From: Selaginella moellendorffii
Taxonomy: Eukaryota > Plantae > Lycopodiophyta
Assembly (NCBI RefSeq): GCF_000143415.4
Contig: NW_003314282.1
Location: 531,700 to 595,699 of the forward strand
Reading direction: 5' to 3'
DNA: 64,000 nucleotides
The notes under the pieces were generated by a model that was given only the letters and a program-made list of their open reading frames with translations, searched no databases and had not been told where the DNA came from. Made by a program: the position numbers and the translations under genes. Below are positions 34,650-45,100 of the stretch, one piece after another (positions within the stretch are counted from its first letter, which is position 1; each line of letters opens with the position of its first letter).

Positions 34650-34716
34650 GGAATATGCGCCAGCGGGGACGCATATTCCCGGCCCATTGCCTACGACTAC
34701 TTAATTGTTAGGGTTT
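34650..34716. promoter_or_regulatory. Bidirectional promoter elements: inverted P1BS-like pair, site II, telo-box
   Basis: ggaatatgcg-N10-cgcatattcc, GGCCCA at 34681 and TTAGGGTTT at 34708. Confidence 0.45.
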
Positions 34717-34826
34717 CGTGATATTTTGAGTCTTGCGAGTGAGAGATATGAGGGCGGCGGTGGCGGCGGCGGCGGCTTAGGAGATGAGCTCTCGACGTTC
34801 TGCGAGCTAGGGTTTGATCGGGATCG

Positions 34827-36584
34827 ATGAGTCCGTCCTCGCAGCTCACGGCGGCGACCGCCAACGGCACCGCGGCCGCCGTGAGGCCGGAGAAGAAGCA
34901 GCAGCTGGAGGCAGATCTTGCGACAATCGAGCAGCTGATAGCTCGAATCGCGCGGCTGGAAGATCTGGCGGCGGCGCGCAACAGCAGCGGCAGCAGCCGA
35001 AGCCAGCAGGAGGAGATTGTGGCGGAGGAGCGGCCCCAGCAGCAAGGGCAGCAGGCGGAGGAGCAGCATCCCTGGGATGAGGGCTCCGGCGAGAGGCAAT
35101 CTTCGTCTCACGGAGGCGAGGACACAGGTAAGGGCGTGCCTCCCAGTGATGTAGCTTTTACCAAGGAGCGTAGTGCAGTTGGGGCTCGAATGACCGTTGC
35201 ATCGAGCAGCTCGGACATCCGAGCGGCCGGGCACAAGAGAGGAGAAGGGGAGGCTGCTGGGCCGGCCATGGCCAAGAAACCCAAGCTCTCGGAGGAGGAG
35301 GATCCGGTGAGCGAGGGGAGCTTGAGCCGGCGAGTCGGGGGTGATGCCGCCGACAACGGATCCAATCACACCATGTCCACTCTCCACTCGAGCGAAGAGA
35401 CGAGCTCCCAGCGCAGGGACGACTACGAGCTACACAAAGACGCCTGGGACAAGGCTCTCCGCGTCCTGGAGGATCTTCGCAACTACAGCAAGGAGGGTTG
35501 GGTGTTTTGCCAGCCCGTCCAGTCGCTGTGGCCGGAGCTCGTGGATTACACCAAGGTGATTGAGAAGCCCATGGATCTGGGGACCGTCAAGAGCCGGGTG
35601 CAAAGCAAGTACTACTCGAGTCCCAAAGGTTTTGCCCGTGATGTGAGGCTCACTTTTGACAACGCCATCCGGTTCAACGCGGCGGGTTCTATGTATCACA
35701 AGCTCGCTCTGAAAATGCGGCAAAAGTTTGAGACGGCTTTTAAGGCGGTGGAGCGGCTTTACAACCGGCCACCCAAGCCGGCGGCCAAAAGTAAGATCAG
35801 GCCGCTTGTGGAGGTTGCTCCCCCGCCGCCGCGGCAGAAGATCGAGATGGTCGAGCAGAAACCCGTCGTGGCTCCGGTGGTGGAAGTAATCGACGTGAAG
35901 CAACCCGAGGTTCTGGAAGTGAAAGAACAGGTTGCTACTCCTGTGTCTCGAGCGAGGGATCTCGAATTTCCTGCGCCGAAGGCTAAGAAGGTGAAGCTCA
36001 TGGGGACGAACCCCCGACTGGGACGGCAAGCCAACAGTCTGGCTTACGGTGGCTGCCGGCTCCTCAGCGCGAAAGAGAAGGCCAAGCTCTCGGAGCTCGT
36101 GGATTCGTTTCCGGAGGACAGGATGAGGAAGGTGATTGAGATAGTCGGGGAGAAGCATCCGGAATTGGTCGGTGCCCCGGAAGTGGAGCTGGACCTGGAC
36201 AAGCTAGACAAGAACACGTTGTTCAATCTCTATCGGCTGGCGATGAACTGGCAGAAGAGCAAGAACAAGGTGCTGGCCAAGTCGAAGAGCTCGCTCACGG
36301 CCGAGGACTCCCTGAGTGATGGTCAACAGCGGATGCTCATGGACAACAGCGACAACATCGACATCGTTGGCCTGGATTCTCCAGAGCGCGAGAATGGTGG
36401 CGAGGAGGGCGAAGAAGCCGGAGAAAAGAAGACCGATGGTGGAGGAGATAAGGAAACGTCCAGTGACTCGGACTCCGAAACGGGAACAAGCTCCTCCAGC
36501 TCCGAGTCGTCCGGGTCCTCGTCGGATTCGGAGCTTGACTCGGAAGGGGAGGCCGAGGCAGGGTCGGACAAAGACAAAGGCTAG
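34827..36584 (+). CDS. Bromodomain + ET domain protein (GTE/BET family)
   Basis: Intronless 585 aa; bromodomain GWVFCQPV..DYTKVIEKPMDLGTVK..FARDVRLTFDNAIRFN; ET domain EKAKLSELV..EVELDLDKLDKNTL; Ser/Asp-rich tail. Confidence 0.93.
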   Translation: MSPSSQLTAATANGTAAAVRPEKKQQLEADLATIEQLIARIARLEDLAAARNSSGSSRSQQEEIVAEERPQQQGQQAEEQHPWDEGSGERQSSSHGGEDTGKGVPPSDVAFTKERSAVGARMTVASSSSDIRAAGHKRGEGEAAGPAMAKKPKLSEEEDPVSEGSLSRRVGGDAADNGSNHTMSTLHSSEETSSQRRDDYELHKDAWDKALRVLEDLRNYSKEGWVFCQPVQSLWPELVDYTKVIEKPMDLGTVKSRVQSKYYSSPKGFARDVRLTFDNAIRFNAAGSMYHKLALKMRQKFETAFKAVERLYNRPPKPAAKSKIRPLVEVAPPPPRQKIEMVEQKPVVAPVVEVIDVKQPEVLEVKEQVATPVSRARDLEFPAPKAKKVKLMGTNPRLGRQANSLAYGGCRLLSAKEKAKLSELVDSFPEDRMRKVIEIVGEKHPELVGAPEVELDLDKLDKNTLFNLYRLAMNWQKSKNKVLAKSKSSLTAEDSLSDGQQRMLMDNSDNIDIVGLDSPERENGGEEGEEAGEKKTDGGGDKETSSDSDSETGTSSSSSESSGSSSDSELDSEGEAEAGSDKDKG

Positions 36585-36730
36585 TAAGCTCGATCTCGAT
36601 CCAAGGTTGGAGGCCAGGAGCAAAACAAGGCCCAAGAATGGATTGGACGGATGGAAGTGTACACTAGAAGCAAGCAAGCAAGCAAGCACACTGGGAGAAT
36701 AAGTCTTCATTGAGTTCTCTGGAAATGCGG

Positions 36731-38430
36731 CTAGGCAAGTTTGGCGGCGGCAACTTTTGCTAGCCGGGAGGATCCGTAGAGGGTCTCTTCGAAGCGGATG
36801 ATCTCGGCCTTGGAACCGTAGGCGACCTGTGTCCTGTCGTCGGTGTTGACAACGAGCTTGTCGAGGACTGATTGGTGGCCATCGCTGCTGAATCCTCCGG
36901 CGTTTTCGATGAGGAGGCCGAGCGGCGCTACCTCGAAGAGCAGCCGGAGCTTGGCCTTGGTACTGGGTGAGGTAACGTTGGTGAAGACTCCTTTCTCCTT
37001 GACGATGATCTGTGACAGACAGACGAAGAAGAAACAAGAGCTCTCGTATCGATCGATCAAATCAAGCTCGAGAACGATGAAAAGCTACCTGGTTTACGTC
37101 CGGCACCATTCCTCCTGTGTACCGCAGCGTGTATCTCTCCGTGACGTAGTAATTGATGAGCTGAGAAGAACACACCAACAAACAAACGATGAGAAGTTTT
37201 AAGTTCTCTCTTTCGTACGAGGAAGAGTTCTCTGCCGTACCTTTTCGTACTGTGGATTGTCAAAGGTTGCTCGAAGGTTTCCTGGCGAGAAGAGTTTCCC
37301 TTCGCCAATGGAGGTTGTCTCCTTGACGTGTTGCCACTTCCCTGATATTGGGATGAATGTAAAGAAAAGTTCTAATTTAAAAAAGGTGGTGGAAGTTTTG
37401 CTACCATCGTCCAAGAGGAGGAACTCGTGGGTGCCCGGATGGCCCTTGATTGCCATGACGTAGGTGGTGCGAGGGCCGTAGATTCCCATGGCGGCCGCGA
37501 CTTGATCGTTCCCGGTGACCCCGGTGAGTTTATCGCCCGGCCAAACTCCAAAGATGGTTCCCACGGTGAAGTTCGTGTCAACAATGCTGGATCCATCGAG
37601 TGGATCGAATGCGACGCTAAATCCTCCTGGAAGATCACAGATATAGATCACCCGAAAGTTTGGAGAGAAATCCTCTATCAAAGTCGTCGGAAAGATCTAA
37701 AATACCTTCCACGGGTCCTCCCATATCGAGGAGCTCAGGATCTTCCTCGGAGCAAGCGTACTTGCAAACGTGGGAGAACCTCAAGGCCTGGATTCACGAG
37801 GGGGGATCTTTGAGAATCTTTTCGGCATTGTCTGTCCGTACGAGAGGCCTACCTCGAAGAGGAGCTTGTTGGCGAGGAGATCGACGGCCAGCTGCTCGTC
37901 GCCGAATGTGTTGACGCACGCCGTGGCACCGCACGATGCGGTCTTCACCTTGAACGAGATCGTACGGATGGCCTCTCCCATGCAAGTGAGCAGCCTCGCG
38001 AGGCTCTTGTCTTTGGTGGATGTGGCCAGGAATTCCTCCTGGGCGATCACGAATTCGTTCGCATTGGAGCTAGGGAGAGGGGATCTTTCGACTTCTTACC
38101 AGGGAATCGCCCAGCTCCGCGCGAGGAGCTCCCATTCTCACTCCTCTGCCGCTGCTGCTCGACGATCTAGACGACAGCGTCGCGTGGAAATTCGCAATGG
38201 AGCTCCCGCCAGACATGAATCCGCTGGACGACGCGCCCTGCAAGCGCAAGGATTCCACGATTGGATGGTCGGGACCTCACCGAATCTGTGGGACGAGTGA
38301 TCAGTGTACCTACGAGCTTGGATGAATTGGAAATCGCAAAGAGGAGCGCTGGATTGACCCCATTTTGCTGCTGGGCCGCTGCCATGGTCGCCATTCTTGC
38401 TGCGCTCGTCGCTCCAACGATCGTCGCCAT
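36731..38430 (-). CDS. SBPASE: Chloroplast sedoheptulose-1,7-bisphosphatase
   Basis: Transit peptide, redox motif [54 protein letters not shown]; 7 GT-AG introns. Confidence 0.97.
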
Positions 38431-38501
38431 TGCCGATCAAGGATCCTCCACCGCTCGCTTGCTCGATTGGATGGATAGAATGACCGTGGCTCAATAAGAG
38501 A

Positions 38502-38590
38502 GCCACGTCAGCAAATGTCCCGTTGGCTAAAAGCGATAAAAATCTGCCACGCGGGCAAGGGTTTTGGTGACGTGGCAGTTGCTAGGGTTT
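38502..38590. promoter_or_regulatory. Inverted G/C-hybrid bZIP boxes and telo-box in SBPase/PPR divergent promoter
   Basis: GCCACGTCA (38502) and TGACGTGGC (38568) are exact reverse complements; TAGGGTTT at 38583. Confidence 0.5.
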
Positions 38591-38614
38591 TTCCACTAAT
38601 GGGATGGAAGAAGA

Positions 38615-40909
38615 ATGCGATGGCGCTGCTCGAGCTTGGAGCAATCCGGCATAATCTCGGCACTCAAGGTATGCGTGAGCTATGGGGATATATGGCGCGG
38701 CAGGGAAATCCATTGGGAAGTGATCACCAATGCGCGGCATTTGCTCGATATCAGGGTCGCCAACACGCTCATCAGCATGTACGCCAGATGCGGCAGCGTC
38801 GCGGACGCTCGCGCGGTGTTCGAGCGATTGCCGTGCCATCACGTCGTTTCTTGGACGAATTTGATCCTGGGATACGCGGGAAACGGGGAAGAAGCTCTGG
38901 CGCTGGAAATCTTTCGCAGCATGGAGAAGAGAGGGGTTCATCCGGAGGCTAGAACTTTTGTGGCTGCGTTGGCAGCTTGTTCTGGTCTTGCTGTGAAGGA
39001 GGAAGGGATTTTAGTCGGGGAAAAGCTTGTGAAGCTCGCGAGCTTGGAGCAGGGAATGGATCTACACTCAGTGGCTTGCAAAAGGATGTTTGACGAGGAC
39101 ATCTTCGTGAGGAACACACTGATCGGGATGTATGCCAAGTGTGGAAGCTTGGTCGACGCGAAGATGGTTTTCAGTCGCATGGAAGCACACAGCGCTGTTT
39201 CCTGGAACGCTTTGATACTTGGCTACCTCGACAATGGCGAAGCTGGGCTTGCGCTTGAGCTCTTTGCTCAGATGAAAGAAGAAGGGTGTGTTCCAGACGC
39301 GAGAACTTTTGCTGCGGTTCTCATGGCCTGTTCATCGTTGGGCTCTGAGAAGAACTTGGAAGAGGTGATGAGCATCCACTCGCTAGCAGCTTCGACGGCC
39401 GGAGGAATAGATATGTACGTGGACAATGCGCTGGTTGGAGCCTATGCCAAGTGTGGGAGCATGGGAAATGCTCGCGAGGTCTTCCAGAGAATGCCGTGCC
39501 ACAACGTTGTTTCATGGACAACTATGATCCAGGCGGAGGCCGAGAGTGGCAGCTCCGAGGCGGCTCTGCGAACTTTCGAAGCCATGAAGATCGAAGGCTA
39601 TGCTCCAAATGCCCGGACTTTCCTGGCGGTGTTGATGGCCTGTGCCAAACTCGTAGCGACGGAAGAAGTGATCGTGATCGACGAGAAGCCTCTCAAGAAC
39701 AAGTGCTTGGAGAAGACAAAGGACGTTCACTTTTACGCCATGGAGTCACGCTGTGTGGACATCTTCGTGGCAAACTCGCTAGTCGACGTCTACGCGAGTT
39801 GTGGAAGCATGGGAGACGCTCGAGCGGTGTTCGAGCGAATGCCTTGCCACAGCGTGGTCTCGTGGAACATCCTGATACAAGGCTACGCCGAAGCACACGG
39901 CTGCGAGGGCGAGGCTCTACTCCTCTTCGAAAGGGTGCCAAGTCCAGACTCGAGAACTTTTGTGGCGGTGCTCACGGCCTGTGCTGCTCAAGCCGAGAAA
40001 GAAGTTCCGGAGATAGAAGGCGAGGTGATTAAGCCGAGAAGCTTGAAGAATGGACAAGAGATCCATTCCCGAGCTGCGAAGCTAAGCATGGACACAGAAC
40101 TCCACGTCGAGAACAGCTTGGTCGACATGTACTCGAGGTGTGGCAGCATGTCCGACGCTTGGAAAGTGTTCGAGCTCATGAGCCATCGCAACGTTACGTC
40201 GTGGACGGCATTGATCCAGGGCTACGTCCAAGCCAACCAAGCTCGTCTCGCTCTCGAGCTCTTCCAGGAGATGACGATTACGTGCCAGCCGAACTCTCGG
40301 ACTTTCCTCGCGGCTCTGGCGGCGTGCGGAGAGCTCGCTTGGCTGCCGAGTGCTCGCTTCATCCACGCCGAGATTTGCAAGCGCGGGCTACTCGACACGG
40401 ACGCTCCACACTTTGTGGAGGCGAGCTTGGTGGACGCCTACGGCAAGTGTGGCAGCATGGTGGACGCGGAGATGGTGTTCGATGCGATGCAAACGCCGAC
40501 GACTGTTTCGTGGGGGGCTCTCATGGCTGGCTTCAGTCGCTCCTGCGATCACGGCAAGCTCCGGGTCTTCGGCCTGCTCGAGAGGATGGAACGCGAGGGT
40601 GGTGCTCCGAATGAAGTGATCTTCCTGGCGGTGCTCACGGCTTGTAGCCACTTGGGACTGATCGATCGAGGGAGGCAGTGCTTCGAGGCGATGGTGGCAG
40701 AGCATGGGATCCAGGCGGGGATCAAGCACTACCAGTGCGTGGTGGACATGCTCGGGAGGAGCAACCGAGTGGAGGAGGCCGTGGAGCTGCTGGAGCGAAT
40801 GCCGGTTCCTCCGGATGGGATCACTGGGAAGACAATGCTGGCAGCCGTGTCAAAGTGGCTGGATCAGTCCCAGGAGGAGGAAATCTACGCGAATGCAAAC
40901 ATGAACTAG
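38615..40909 (+). CDS. PLS-class PPR protein with E1, truncated C-terminus, no DYW
   Basis: Intronless 764 aa; repeats with MPCHxVVSW; ends shortly after HYQCVVDMLGRS..MPVPPD. Confidence 0.92.
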   Translation: MRWRCSSLEQSGIISALKVCVSYGDIWRGREIHWEVITNARHLLDIRVANTLISMYARCGSVADARAVFERLPCHHVVSWTNLILGYAGNGEEALALEIFRSMEKRGVHPEARTFVAALAACSGLAVKEEGILVGEKLVKLASLEQGMDLHSVACKRMFDEDIFVRNTLIGMYAKCGSLVDAKMVFSRMEAHSAVSWNALILGYLDNGEAGLALELFAQMKEEGCVPDARTFAAVLMACSSLGSEKNLEEVMSIHSLAASTAGGIDMYVDNALVGAYAKCGSMGNAREVFQRMPCHNVVSWTTMIQAEAESGSSEAALRTFEAMKIEGYAPNARTFLAVLMACAKLVATEEVIVIDEKPLKNKCLEKTKDVHFYAMESRCVDIFVANSLVDVYASCGSMGDARAVFERMPCHSVVSWNILIQGYAEAHGCEGEALLLFERVPSPDSRTFVAVLTACAAQAEKEVPEIEGEVIKPRSLKNGQEIHSRAAKLSMDTELHVENSLVDMYSRCGSMSDAWKVFELMSHRNVTSWTALIQGYVQANQARLALELFQEMTITCQPNSRTFLAALAACGELAWLPSARFIHAEICKRGLLDTDAPHFVEASLVDAYGKCGSMVDAEMVFDAMQTPTTVSWGALMAGFSRSCDHGKLRVFGLLERMEREGGAPNEVIFLAVLTACSHLGLIDRGRQCFEAMVAEHGIQAGIKHYQCVVDMLGRSNRVEEAVELLERMPVPPDGITGKTMLAAVSKWLDQSQEEEIYANANMN

Positions 40910-41069
40910 TTCTGAGCACAAACAAAGTTTTTTTTTTTTCCGATGGAAAATTGTGACGCTGAGATGGATCAAAAAAAGTTTCTTACATGGAAAGCTGTGA
41001 TCCTGGATTGAATCAACTTTCTTTTTACTGGGAACTTACACAATCCATGATCACTATTCTAGTGCTAGG

Positions 41070-41647
41070 CTAGTCACTTTGCTCATTGAGGATCTTTGGA
41101 ACTTTAATAAACACGCCTTCTTTCTCGCCAACCGAAGCAACCATCGAGTCCCTGTTCAAGCAAAGATCGATTTTTTTACTCAATTCTCATCAAAGAAAAT
41201 GGATGATCACTTCTCCGTGAAATCCAAATGCTCGTCTCTCCTCAAGCCCCGTTGGCTTTCCACCTCATGACCAACCCGGATCGCGGGATCCACATTGTCA
41301 AGCTCAACCTCCTGGAGCTGGCCAAACCTTTGATCGTACAAACACTTGTCAAGAGCAAAGAAGTTCTCAGTGATTACCAGCCCACGACCCTCGAAATCTG
41401 GGGCCCGATCTCAGCAGCCTGCCATTGAAAATCTCACGAGCTGGAAAAGCTGGAAAAAAAAAAAACCAAAAACTCCATAGCCAAGCTGTGGATTTACCTC
41501 GTCGGGAGTGAGCGATAGCCGCGCCTTCTCGCAAAGCTCGCCTACATTGGGAGGCTTGACGCACCCAAGAACTCCACGACGAGATTTGCGAGCTCCAATC
41601 CTCACAAAACTTCCGCCCCAAGTGAAACTCGTCGCGCTGCTCGCCAT
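41070..41647 (-). CDS. GATC: Glutamyl-tRNA(Gln) amidotransferase subunit C, organellar
   Basis: Four exons giving PPNVGELCEKARLSLTPDE|AAEIGPQISRVVGW|FGQLQEVELDNVDP..LRRDE..|..GVFIKVPKILNE. Confidence 0.9.
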
Positions 41648-42196
41648 AGCCGCGAAGAACAAGTCCGACGCTCCAAATCGTGCCACGTCTCACATCTCAA
41701 AAGCTTTGATCTATCATCGGTTGCCATCGATGTAAGCTTTGCTTTATCATCGAACCTTGACAGTACAATACGAGGTATCGCAGTGTTGGCGAATTATTTG
41801 GCAAGGAAAAGAGGTGGAAAAAGCTCAAGACGTGTTATTGGGCGAGACCGCCACGCATTGCCGACGTGTTTGAGCACTTGTTAGTTTCTGGGGCTCTTCT
41901 CTCTTGAGGTTCTTATAAATAAGCTTTCTTGTCGCAGCACTAGCTTTATCGGTGATGATACTTTGCGGTACTTCGAGGATTTCCTTGGCTCTGCCAAGAT
42001 AATCGCCCAATACCTTTGGTTTTGGGAGTTTTCTAATCGTCTCTCGCGAGCCAGCGAGAACTCATAGAAGTGTGAGAACTTGACAACGCATAGCGGGTTT
42101 ATAGGGCTGATTTTGGAAGCTAAACCCTAGCTAAGTTCTTGTCTCTCTTCCAGCAGATTTTCCCTAGGGCACGGAGAGAAGAGATTGTGAGCGGCG

Positions 42197-45100
42197 ATGA
42201 GCTTGTTCCATCCCCGGTCACCGCTGCGCTCGCAGCGCCTGGAGGAGAGCAACAAGAATGTGGATTTGGGGGATCCCGAAGTGGAGGAGGAGGACGACTC
42301 TGACGACGACGGTGATGTCTTCAACATCCCTCACAAGAAGCCATCGCTGGAGGCTCTCAAGCGCTGGAGGGTAAGTCCTATGGATGGATGGATCGAGTGA
42401 GATTTCTAGTTTTCTTAGCTGGTTTTCGAAATATTTTGGAACGTTTGGTCTTCCCGTTGTGTTTGGTGGGAAGTGGGAGATGAAATTTTCTTGGGCTTTG
42501 GGTTCCTGCCTCTTTCCTTTCTTTCCTGGTGGAACGCTTTGTCTTCCGGGTCGATCACACGTTGCTTCAGGAAAGTGACATGCTGCTGCTCTTTTTGTTC
42601 TTGCTGGTCTTACACCATTTTCATTTCTTGCCTCTTTCCTAGACGTAACTTGCAAGCGCTTGACTCGTGATACTTTTTTTTTTTTTCCTGTAGAAAGCGA
42701 CTTTGGTGCTCAATGCTTCGAGACGGTTTCGGTATACATTGGATTTGAAGCGCCAGGAGCAGCTACCGTCCGTGAATCGCTTCCGGATTGGCACGCACGC
42801 ACTGAGGGCTGTCCAGAAATTCAAGGACGCAGCTACAAAAGTAGATCATCCTCCTCCCAAAGGTTATGGAGTTGGACCCGAGAAGCTTGTGCAGCTCGTG
42901 CAAGACAGAGATAACGATGGACTTCAGGCTCTCGGCGGTGTAAGTTTTCTGTTTTGTTTTTTTGTTGGTATGTCATTGAAAAGATGTCCTCGTATTTTTG
43001 TCTTGAATAACCAGATTACTGGGCTTGGAACGGCTTTGCACGTCAATTTGGAAAAAGGCATTGAACCCGATGAGGAGAGTGTCCAGCATCGGCGCGAGGC
43101 TTTTGGTGCCAACAGCTATCCGACCAAGGCTGGGAAATCATTCTGGGTATTGCCAAAGATTTGAACTGCTGGTTCTGATACTTTCTGTTTTGCTTTTCCT
43201 AAAGGTCTTTGTGTGGGAGGCTGCTCAAGATACCACACTTATAATTTTGATGGCTTGCGCTGTGGCATCACTCGCGGCAGAAATGAGCAGTGATGTACAT
43301 TTTCTAGCGCGAACATTTTCGTCGAAGGCTGTATTGACCTTTTGCTTGTAGGTGAAAGAAGGATGGTACGACGGGGCAAGTATTGGCTTTGCTGTTCTGG
43401 TCGTCATCTTTGTTACAGGTATGAGCGTGTTACTTCATCTCGTTCTGACTCGTGTCCTATCTCAGCATTTAGCGACTACCGACAATCGCTTCAGTTTCGG
43501 AGTCTGAGTCAGGAAAAAAGGAACATACAAATTCAGGTGAACACCTGTTTCTTTTTTTGTTCTGTCCGCTTACGCAGTTAAATCACAGGTTGTTAGAGGG
43601 GGAAGAAGGTTTACGACTTCCATTTTCGACTTGGTGGTCGGTGACATTGTACCTCTAAATATTGGAGATCAGGTGCGGTACTTTTTTACTTTTAACTTTC
43701 CTTAAAGCTCCTCTTTACTAAAGATACTTTAGGTGCCGGCGGATGGGGTCCTTGTTTCTGGTCACTCTCTGTCGATCGACGAGTCGAGTATGACTGGTGA
43801 AAGCGAACCGGTAATACAAAAGTTTCTTGCTTCTTACACTTGAGACATTGTATTTGCCAGGTTCATGTAGATGGAAAAAGTCCCTTCCTGCATTCCGGCT
43901 GCAAAGTGGTCGACGGTTATGGTTCTATGCTGGTAATCTCATTTCCCGTTCTTCAATCTACACAAATATGCTTTACACATTTTGTTGTTCTTTCTACAGA
44001 TAACTGGTGTGGGAATCAATACCGAGTGGGGTCAAGTAATGGCAACACTTGACGATGACTCCAGCGAAGAAACGCCTTTACAGGTTTGCTATTCTTTAAT
44101 GTAGCGCTAATGCTAATACTCATGATTTAGGTTCGCCTCAATGGTATTGCAACATTTGTTGGTAAAATTGGTCTCTCGGTGGCAGTGTTGGTTTTTGTCA
44201 TGCTGTTTGTACGGTAAGACTCTCAAATGTTCAGACTGGAGAGAAGTTGCTTATTACGGTGTTCTACAGGTATTTTGTGACGGACTTCCGGCGGGCCGCT
44301 GGTCCAGATAGGAGGTCAAAAGTTGTCTTCAGGAACATTGTGGACATTCTTTCTATTGCGGTATGTTTAAACTAGAGCTTGAAACTCTCACAGCTTTTAT
44401 GTGTTTACAGGTTACCATCGTTGTGGTTGCTGTTCCAGAAGGATTGCCGCTTGCAGTAACACTAACGTATGTACTGATCTCATGTTTGTGTCTATCTTAC
44501 TTACGTTTCCTTTATTTTTACTCTCTAGCCTTGCTTACTCTATGAAGAAAATGATGGCTGATAAGTCCCTGGTAAGTCCCCTAAGTGTTTTGTAAGTATG
44601 GTTTTGATTCATTTTTGTTACAGGTCCGTCATTTGGCTGCCTGCGAAACAATGGGATCTGCAACGACTATCTGCAGTGATAAGACCGGAACCCTGACCTT
44701 GAACCAGGTATGATTGTTATGACGGGAAAGTTATGGTGTTGACTTACCTTGCAGATGACTGTTGTCCAAACTTGGATTGGTGGAGGGTCTTTGGAAGCAG
44801 AAGCAGCGAATTCTGTCGGCGGAGAGATATCAAAGTGCATTATAGAAGGCATTGCTGAAAACTCCAGCGGGAGCGTTTTTGTTCCAAAGGTATTTAGCTA
44901 TTTTCTTGTTGTATTGGGATGTTGAAATGTCGTTATAGGATGGAGGCGATCCGGAAGTCACAGGTAGTCCAACCGAAAAGGCCATTCTTGGCTGGGGATT
45001 AAAAGTATGTGAAGCTTTTACGTCGTCCTTACCGTTCCCTGACATGTATATTTTTGATAGGCTGGCATGAATTTTGAGGAAGTGAGGTCTTCAAATACTG

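Noticed and set aside
31565-40729. Many long antisense and alternate-frame ORFs over PPR, GTE and SBPase genes
   Set aside because: Expected shadow ORFs of GC-rich coding sequence; no domains.
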